This document shows, one piece after another, positions 56,205 through 64,000 of a stretch of 64,000 nt of DNA (position 1 is its first letter; each line of letters opens with the position of its first letter). The notes beneath the pieces are model-generated. The model had not been told where the DNA came from. It saw only the letters and a program-made list of their open reading frames with translations, and made no database searches. The stretch spans positions 499 through 64,498 of the forward strand of contig DAIDHD010000059.1 in NCBI GenBank assembly GCA_027459765.1, in the 5' to 3' direction. Origin of the DNA: Gammaproteobacteria bacterium. Its GTDB lineage: Bacteria; Pseudomonadota; Gammaproteobacteria; Steroidobacterales; Steroidobacteraceae. Position numbers and translations under genes: made by a program.

Positions 56205-57551
56205 ATGCAAGCCACCTCGATCGGTACCTGCTGCGGCGGTACCCGGATCCGTCCCGCGCGTTTCGCCGCGGCGTTCCTCGGCCTCGTCGTGCTGTCGCCG
56301 GCGCCGTTCGCGGCGTCCGCGGCGGATCCGGGCGCCGCAGCTCCGGCCGCCCCCGATCCGGCCCTCGAGCGGCGCATCGCGCACCTGCTCGCGGCGTATC
56401 CGGTGATCGACGGGCACAACGATCTCGCCTGGGAGATCCGCGACCGCTACCACAGCGACCTCGCCGCGATCGACCTCGCCGCCGACACCGCGGGTCTGCC
56501 GCACGCCGCCGGCAGCGCGGCGCTCATGACCGATCTGCTGCGCCTGCACGCGGGCGGGGTGGGCGGCCAATTCTGGTCGGTGTGGGTGCCGGTAACCATC
56601 ACCGGCCCCGCCGCCGTCAAGGCCACGCTCGAGCAGATCGACCTGGTCAAGCGCTTCACGGCGCGCTACCCGCGCGATCTCGCCATGGCCTACACGGCCG
56701 CCGACGTGCGCCGTGTGATCGCCTCGCACCGTATCGCCTCGCTGATCGGCGTCGAGGGCGGCCACCAGATCGACGACTCGCTGGCGGTGCTGCGCCAGTA
56801 CTACGACGCCGGCGCGCGCTACATGACCCTCACCCACACCAGCAACACGAGCTGGGCCGACTCGGCCACCGACGCGCCCGCGCACCACGGACTCACGCCG
56901 TTCGGCGTCGAGGTGGTGCACGAGATGAACCGGCTCGGCATGCTGGTCGACTTGAGCCACGTGTCGCCCGAGACCATGCGCGCGGCGCTCGCGGCCACCG
57001 CGGCGCCGGTGATCTTCTCGCACTCCTCGGCGCGCGCGCTGGTGGACCACCCGCGCAACGTCGACGACGATGTGCTGCGCGCGGTGGCGGCCAACGGCGG
57101 CGTGGTGATGATCAACTTCGCGCCGGGCTACGTGTCCGACGCGCGCCGGCACTGGGACGCCGATCTCGCCGCCGAAAAGGTGCGCTACGACAGCCCGCCC
57201 TACGCGGGCCTCTACATCGGCCAGCCCGAGCGCGCCGCGGCGGCGCTCGCCGAGTGGCAGCGCGCGCACCCGCAGCCGCACGCCACCCTCGCGCAGGTGG
57301 CCGACCACATCGAGCACGTGCGCGCCGTCGCCGGCGCCGACCACGTGGGCCTCGGCTCTGATTTCGACGGCATCCCGGACGCTCCCGACGGGCTCGGCGG
57401 CGTCGACCGCTACCCGGCGCTGCTCGCCGAGCTCGCGCGCCGCGGCTGGAGCGACGCCGACCTCGGCAAGCTCGCCGGCGGCAACGTTCTGCGGGTCATG
57501 GCGGCCGCCGAGCAAGTGGCGGCGCGACAGCGGGCCGCGGCCGGCACCTGA
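56205..57551 (+). CDS. Membrane dipeptidase (peptidase M19 family), exported
   Basis: In-frame ATG at 56205 in ORF 56166..57551. It has a signal peptide, then [34 protein letters not shown] and GLGSDFDG. Confidence 0.9.
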   Translation: MQATSIGTCCGGTRIRPARFAAAFLGLVVLSPAPFAASAADPGAAAPAAPDPALERRIAHLLAAYPVIDGHNDLAWEIRDRYHSDLAAIDLAADTAGLPHAAGSAALMTDLLRLHAGGVGGQFWSVWVPVTITGPAAVKATLEQIDLVKRFTARYPRDLAMAYTAADVRRVIASHRIASLIGVEGGHQIDDSLAVLRQYYDAGARYMTLTHTSNTSWADSATDAPAHHGLTPFGVEVVHEMNRLGMLVDLSHVSPETMRAALAATAAPVIFSHSSARALVDHPRNVDDDVLRAVAANGGVVMINFAPGYVSDARRHWDADLAAEKVRYDSPPYAGLYIGQPERAAAALAEWQRAHPQPHATLAQVADHIEHVRAVAGADHVGLGSDFDGIPDAPDGLGGVDRYPALLAELARRGWSDADLGKLAGGNVLRVMAAAEQVAARQRAAAGT

Positions 57552-57603
57552 GCATCGGTCCGACGGCCGCGGCCGCCGGACGGGCGCCGCGGCGCCGGCT
57601 GAG

Positions 57604-58086
57604 TCAGTCGCGGAAGTTGTTGAACTGCAGCGGCACGCCGAGCGACTCCTTGCGCAGCAGCGCGATCACGCTCTGCAGGTCGTCGCGCTGCTTGCCGGTG
57701 ACGCGCACCTTGTCGCCCTGCAACTGGGCCTGAACCTTGATCTTCGAGTCCTTCACCAGGCGCGCGATCTTGCGGCCGGTGTCGGCGTCGATGCCGTGCT
57801 TCAGGACCACGCTCTGGCGGGCGCGGGCGAGATTGACGTCCGGGTCCTCGACCTCCATGCAGGTCACGTCGATGCCGCGCTTGGCGACCTTGAGCCGCAG
57901 GATGTCGAGCATCTGCTTCAACTGGAACTCGGCCGGCGCGCTCATGATCACGGTGGTCTCTTCCAGCTCGAAACGTGCCTCGACGCCCTTGAAGTCGAAG
58001 CGCTGGGAGAGTTCGCGCGAGGCCTGGTCCACCGCGTTGGTGAGTTCGTGGCGATCGATCTCGGAGACTACGTCGAAGGAGGGCAT
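57604..58086 (-). CDS. yajQ: YajQ-family nucleotide/cyclic-di-GMP-binding protein
   Basis: In-frame ATG at 58086. MPSFDVVSEIDRHELTNAVDQASRELSQRFDFKG is the canonical YajQ start. Confidence 0.93.
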   Translation of the reverse strand: MPSFDVVSEIDRHELTNAVDQASRELSQRFDFKGVEARFELEETTVIMSAPAEFQLKQMLDILRLKVAKRGIDVTCMEVEDPDVNLARARQSVVLKHGIDADTGRKIARLVKDSKIKVQAQLQGDKVRVTGKQRDDLQSVIALLRKESLGVPLQFNNFRD

Positions 58087-58119
58087 GGGCGGCGATGTTA
58101 GCACCCGCCGCCGCCGTGC

Positions 58120-59989
<1,870 letters not shown>

Positions 59990-60015
<26 letters not shown>

Positions 60016-60346
60016 GCCCTTGCTCGAACGCTGGCGCAAAGACGCCGCTCCCGCGCTCACCGCCGAGTCGTACACGGTGCGGCTGCCGCTCGACGACGCC
60101 GCGCGGCTGCACGCGCTCGCGGAGCTCTTTCCCGGGCACTCGCCCGAGGCCCTGATCACCGACCTCCTGCAGGCCGCGCTCGACGAGATCGGCGCCGCCA
60201 TGCCCTACGAACCCGGCCCCAAGGTGATCGCGCGCGACGATCACGGCGATCCGGTGTACGAGGACGTCGGCATGACGCCGCGCTTCGTCGAGCTCACGCG
60301 CAAGCACAAGAAGTCGCTCGAGGCGACGCGCGCCACCCGGGCTTGA
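59990..60346 (+). CDS. Conserved hypothetical small protein
   Basis: It lies in ORF 59897..60346. I chose ATG at 59990 (MAGVSVKFKPLLERW...). It has high GC3. TATAAT is at 59962..59967. I did not recognise a family. Confidence 0.5.
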
Positions 60347-60379
60347 CGCTGCGCGCGCTGGCCGGTGATACTCGATTCC

Positions 60380-60451
60380 ATGGCGAATGCGCGGCAAATC
60401 GGTCTCGGCTGGTGGTGGCGACCACGAGAGGAGTGGGCGCTGGCCGCTTAA
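60380..60451 (+). CDS. trpL: trp operon leader peptide (23 aa, WWW)
   Basis: My own translation is MANARQIGLGWWWRPREEWALAA*. It has three consecutive TGG codons (60410..60418) plus a fourth Trp. It lies 117 nt upstream of trpE and is followed by a terminator hairpin. Confidence 0.7.
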   Translation: MANARQIGLGWWWRPREEWALAA

Positions 60452-60480
60452 GAGCTCGATCGAACGATAGATCTCTCCAG

Positions 60481-60518
60481 AACCCATCTCCGCAGCGTCG
60501 GTGATGGGTTTTTTGTTG
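60481..60518 (+). terminator. trp attenuator (rho-independent terminator in the trpE leader)
   Basis: Stem AACCCATC(t)CCG pairs with CGG(t)GATGGGTT over 60481..60510, with a 6-nt loop, followed by TTTTGTTG. It lies 50 nt upstream of the trpE ATG. Confidence 0.65.
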
Positions 60519-60567
60519 CCTTCGGGAAACGCGCCAGGAACTTCCACGGTCCACCGTCCAAGCACTC

Positions 60568-61953
60568 ATGAAACCACCCTTCGACATCTCGGCCGATCTC
60601 GACACGCCGGTCTCGGCGTATCTCAAGCTCGCCCCTTTCAAGCCGCGCTTCCTGCTCGAGAGCGTGGAGGGCGGCGAGCGCCTCGCGCGCTACTCGTTCA
60701 TCGGCTTCGGCGACTGCCTCGAGGTGCGCCTCGACGCCGCCGGCCTCGCGATCGACGGTGTCGTCGGCCCGCGGCCGCGCACCCGCGCCGAGCTGCTCGA
60801 CGCGCTGCGCGGCGCGCTCGCCCGTGCGCCGCAGCCGCTGCCGCACGTGCCCGGCGTGCCGCTGCTCGGCGGACTCGTGGGCTACACCGCCTACGACGCC
60901 GTGCGCTACTTCGAGCGCGTGCCCGGGCGGCGCCTGGAGGACAGCGGCGTGCCGCACGCCCACTACGTGGCGCCGCGCTCGCTGCTGGTGTTCGACCACC
61001 TGACGCGCTCGGCGGCGCTGCTGCACGCCGGTAGCGAGGCCGAGCGCCAGGCCCTGCGCCGCGAGGTCATGCAGGCGCTGCGCGGCGCGGTGCCCGTGCT
61101 CGCGGCGCCCGGCGGCTTCTCGCCCGCCACCCCCTCGCTCACGGAGGCCGAGCACGCCGTGGCGGTACGCCGCGCGCAGGAATACATCGCCGCCGGCGAC
61201 GTCTATCAGCTGGTGCTCGCGTCCCGGTTCGAGGGACGGCACTCGCTGGCGCCGTTCGAGGTGTACCGCGCGCTGCGTCTCATCAATCCCTCCCCGTACC
61301 TCTACTACTGCGAGCTCGGCGACCTCACCGTGGTCGGTTCCTCGCCCGAGGCGCTGGTGAAGTGCCACGACGGCCACGCCCAGCTGCGGCCGATCGCGGG
61401 CTCCCGGCCGCGCGGCGCCGATGCCGCCGAGGACGCCCGCCTGGAGGCGGAGCTGCGTGCCGACCCGAAGGAGAATGCCGAGCACGTCATGCTGGTGGAC
61501 CTCGCCCGCAACGACCTGGGCCGGGTCGCCACCGCGGGGAGCGTGCGCGTCGATCCCTACCGCACCATCGAACGCTACAGTCACATCATGCACATCGTCA
61601 GCGGCGTCAACGGCCGCCTCGCGCCCGGCCGCGACGCCTTCGACCTGTTCGCCGCCACCTTCCCGGCCGGCACCCTGGTCGGCGCCCCCAAGGTGCGCGC
61701 CATGGAGATCATCGACGAGCTGGAGCCCGTCGGGCGCCAGCTCTACGGCGGCACGGTGGGCTACTTCGGCCGCCAGGGCGACATGGACCAGGCCATCACC
61801 ATCCGCACCCTGGTGTTCCGCGGCGACACCTACAGCTACCAGGCGGGCGGCGGCATCGTCGCCGACAGCCGGCCTCGGGCCGAATACGAGGAAGTCATGG
61901 CGAAGAGCGCCGTGCTGCGCCGGGCGCTCGCGATCGCCGCGGAGGGTCTATGA
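60568..61953 (+). CDS. trpE: Anthranilate synthase component I
   Basis: The 461-aa product shows [22 protein letters not shown], the chorismate-binding blocks [14 protein letters not shown] and GG.VGYF, and IRT.V. Confidence 0.95.
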   Translation: MKPPFDISADLDTPVSAYLKLAPFKPRFLLESVEGGERLARYSFIGFGDCLEVRLDAAGLAIDGVVGPRPRTRAELLDALRGALARAPQPLPHVPGVPLLGGLVGYTAYDAVRYFERVPGRRLEDSGVPHAHYVAPRSLLVFDHLTRSAALLHAGSEAERQALRREVMQALRGAVPVLAAPGGFSPATPSLTEAEHAVAVRRAQEYIAAGDVYQLVLASRFEGRHSLAPFEVYRALRLINPSPYLYYCELGDLTVVGSSPEALVKCHDGHAQLRPIAGSRPRGADAAEDARLEAELRADPKENAEHVMLVDLARNDLGRVATAGSVRVDPYRTIERYSHIMHIVSGVNGRLAPGRDAFDLFAATFPAGTLVGAPKVRAMEIIDELEPVGRQLYGGTVGYFGRQGDMDQAITIRTLVFRGDTYSYQAGGGIVADSRPRAEYEEVMAKSAVLRRALAIAAEGL

Positions 61954-62570
61954 GCGCGCAACCGCGACTCCTGTTGATCGACAACTACGATTCCTTCACC
62001 TACAACCTGGTGCAGGCGTTCCTGGTCCTCGGCGCGCAGGTCGACGTGCGCCGCAACGACGAGATCACGGTGGAGGCGGCGCGCGAGCTCGACGTCACCC
62101 ACCTCGTCATCTCGCCCGGCCCCGGCACGCCGCACGACGCCGGCGTGTCCATGGCCATGATCCGTGAGTTCGCCGGCAAGCTTCCCATCCTCGGCGTGTG
62201 CCTCGGCCATCAGTCACTGGTCGAGGTGTTCGGCGGCCGGGTGGTGCGCGCCGGCCGGTTGATGCACGGCAAGGTCTCGCCGGTGCGCCACGACGGACGC
62301 GGCGTGTTCCGCGGCCTGCCGCAGGACTTCGAGGCCGGCCGCTACCACTCGCTGATCGCCGATCCCGCGAGCCTGCCGCCGGAGCTCGAAGTGACCGCGC
62401 GCACCGCCGAGGGCGAGATCATGGGCGTACGGCACACGCGCCTGCCCGTGGAAGGGGTGCAGTTCCACCCCGAAAGCGTACTCACGCCTGAAGGGCCGCG
62501 CCTGCTCGGCAACTTCCTCGACCAGGCCTTCTTCGCGGCGCGCGCGCCGCACGTGTCCGCTCGTGGCTGA
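61950..62570 (+). CDS. trpG: Anthranilate synthase component II (glutamine amidotransferase)
   Basis: ATG at 61950 overlaps the trpE stop. It shows [20 protein letters not shown] (catalytic Cys) and GVQFHPES. Confidence 0.95.
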   Translation: MSAQPRLLLIDNYDSFTYNLVQAFLVLGAQVDVRRNDEITVEAARELDVTHLVISPGPGTPHDAGVSMAMIREFAGKLPILGVCLGHQSLVEVFGGRVVRAGRLMHGKVSPVRHDGRGVFRGLPQDFEAGRYHSLIADPASLPPELEVTARTAEGEIMGVRHTRLPVEGVQFHPESVLTPEGPRLLGNFLDQAFFAARAPHVSARG

Positions 62571-63588
62571 CGCACGGCCGCTGCTCGAGCACCTGTTGGC
62601 GGGACGGGATCTGCCCGAACGGGACGCCGGCGAGATGCTGCGCGTGCTCACCGCGCCGGAGCTGCCGCCCGCGGTGGCCGGCGCGCTGCTCGCCGCGCTG
62701 CGCGCCAAGGGCGTCACCGCCGAGGAGGTACGCGGCTTCGCGCACGCCATGCGCGCGCTCGCGCGCAAACCGAGCCTGCCGGACGGGCTCGACGCCATCG
62801 ACATCGTGGGCACCGGCGGCGACGCTTCCGGGAGCCTGAACCTGTCCACCGGCGCCGCGCTGCTCGCCGCCGCCTGCGGCGTGCCGGTGGTCAAGCACGG
62901 CAACCGCTCCGTCTCCAGCAGGAGCGGCAGCGCCGACGTGCTCGAGCGACTCGGTGTGCCGATGCCGCTCGACGAGGCGCGCGCCGCGCGCTGCTTCGAG
63001 GCCGCCGGCTTCACCTTTCTGTTCGCGCCGTACTACCACCCGGCGATGCGCGCGCTCGCGCCCGTGCGCGCCGCGCTCGGCATCCGCACGGTGTTCAATC
63101 TCCTGGGGCCGCTGACCAATCCGGTGGCGCCGCGCTTTCGCCTGATCGGCGCCTTCAACGAGGCCACCGCCGCGCTCATCGCCGAGACGCTCACCGGCAC
63201 GGACCTCGCGCGCGCCTGGGTGGTGCACGGTGCCGCCGGCTGGGACGAGGCGACACCCATCGGCCCGTTCACGGTGTACGACGTGTCGCCCGCGGGCAGC
63301 GTTCGGTTTCACGTCGACCCCGAGGATCTCGGACTCGCCCGCTGCGCCGCCGAGGACCTCAAGGGTGCCGACCCGGAGTCGAATCTGCGCGCGCTGCTCG
63401 CCGTATTCGCCGGCGAGGATCGCGGCCCGCACCGCGCGGCGCTGATCCTGCAGGCGGGCATGGCGCTGCACATTGCCGGACGCGCGCCCGGCCTGCGCGA
63501 GGGCGTGCAGGCCGCCGCCGACGTCCTCGATTCCGGCGGCGCGCGGCGCTGGCTCGAGCGCTTCGAACGCGCGGTCACGGAGGCTTGA
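62563..63588 (+). CDS. trpD: Anthranilate phosphoribosyltransferase
   Basis: The 341-aa product shows [26 protein letters not shown] and [10 protein letters not shown]. Confidence 0.95.
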   Translation: MADARPLLEHLLAGRDLPERDAGEMLRVLTAPELPPAVAGALLAALRAKGVTAEEVRGFAHAMRALARKPSLPDGLDAIDIVGTGGDASGSLNLSTGAALLAAACGVPVVKHGNRSVSSRSGSADVLERLGVPMPLDEARAARCFEAAGFTFLFAPYYHPAMRALAPVRAALGIRTVFNLLGPLTNPVAPRFRLIGAFNEATAALIAETLTGTDLARAWVVHGAAGWDEATPIGPFTVYDVSPAGSVRFHVDPEDLGLARCAAEDLKGADPESNLRALLAVFAGEDRGPHRAALILQAGMALHIAGRAPGLREGVQAAADVLDSGGARRWLERFERAVTEA

Positions 63589-63593
63589 CGTCC

Positions 63594-64000
63594 ATGGCGG
63601 GATTCCTCGAGGAGATGGCGGCATCCAGTGCGCACCGCGCCGCCGCGGCGCGCAGCGCCGAGCCGCTCGGAGCGCTGCTGGCGCGGATCCGCGACCTGCC
63701 GCCGCCGCCGCCGCTCGCGCTCTCGCCGCAGGGCTTCGACGTCATCGCCGAGTTGAAGCTGCGCTCGCCCGCGGCGGGCGCGCTTGGCGCGGCCACCGAC
63801 GACTGGCTCGGCCGGGTGAGCGCCTACGCGGCGGGCGGCGCGGCGGCGGTGTCGGTGCTCACCGAGCCGACCCGCTTCGATGGCGCGCTCGCGCACCTCG
63901 AGGCCGCAGCCGCGGCGTTGCGCCCGCACCGGGTGCCGGCGATGCGCAAGGATTTCCTGGTGGATCCCTACCAGGTGGCCGAGGCGCGTGCCGCCGGCGC
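63594..64000 (+). CDS. trpC: Indole-3-glycerol phosphate synthase, N-terminal part (runs off the window end)
   Basis: My own translation from the ATG at 63594 reads MAGFLEEMAASS...VIAELKLRSPAAG...AAVSVLTEPTRFDG...PAMRKDFLVDPYQVAEARAAGA, which contains the conserved TrpC blocks. It is absent from the ORF track because it has no stop in the window. Confidence 0.88.
   Translation, partial: MAGFLEEMAASSAHRAAAARSAEPLGALLARIRDLPPPPPLALSPQGFDVIAELKLRSPAAGALGAATDDWLGRVSAYAAGGAAAVSVLTEPTRFDGALAHLEAAAAALRPHRVPAMRKDFLVDPYQVAEARAAG

Noticed and set aside
60502-60567. N-terminal extension of trpE to recover the missing ~25 residues
   Set aside because: There is an in-frame TGA at 60502..60504 and no ATG, GTG or TTG codon between it and the ATG at 60568.

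Overview
This is a very GC-rich proteobacterial chromosomal segment in which coding frames show a strong G/C bias at third codon positions. I support about 60 densely packed protein genes. I saw no rRNA, tRNA, CRISPR array, transposase or integrase. The backbone is housekeeping synteny known from Gammaproteobacteria: yicC/rph/rdgB/hemW, rpmE, gltA, mrcA divergent from pilMNOPQ then aroK-aroB-dgt-hemE, tesA divergent from ybbA-ybbP, oxyR divergent from ahpCF, and trpEGDC.

Observations worth a second look:
1. A complete corrinoid-dependent methyl-transfer and C1 module at 43.5-53.9 kb. It has two non-pyrrolysine MttB-family paralogs, a corrinoid protein, DUF1638, a small 'virulence factor'-family protein, MetV/MetF, a methyl-THF:corrinoid methyltransferase, a RACo-type reductive activase and a sensor-less histidine kinase. 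The chromosome otherwise looks aerobic.
2. A 750-aa Big_1 Ig-repeat lipoprotein inserted between pilQ and aroK.
3. A translationally coupled PA2779-like GG-motif protein and PA2778-like C39 peptidase lipoprotein, downstream of an Rrf2 regulator.
4. An unannotated trp leader peptide (WWW) with an attenuator upstream of trpE.
5. A DnaA-box cluster around the only AT-rich island in the window, upstream of rpmE.
6. A 50-aa lipoprotein ORF below the ORF-track size cut-off.

Many long ORFs in the track are off-frame or antisense artefacts of the GC content and were rejected.
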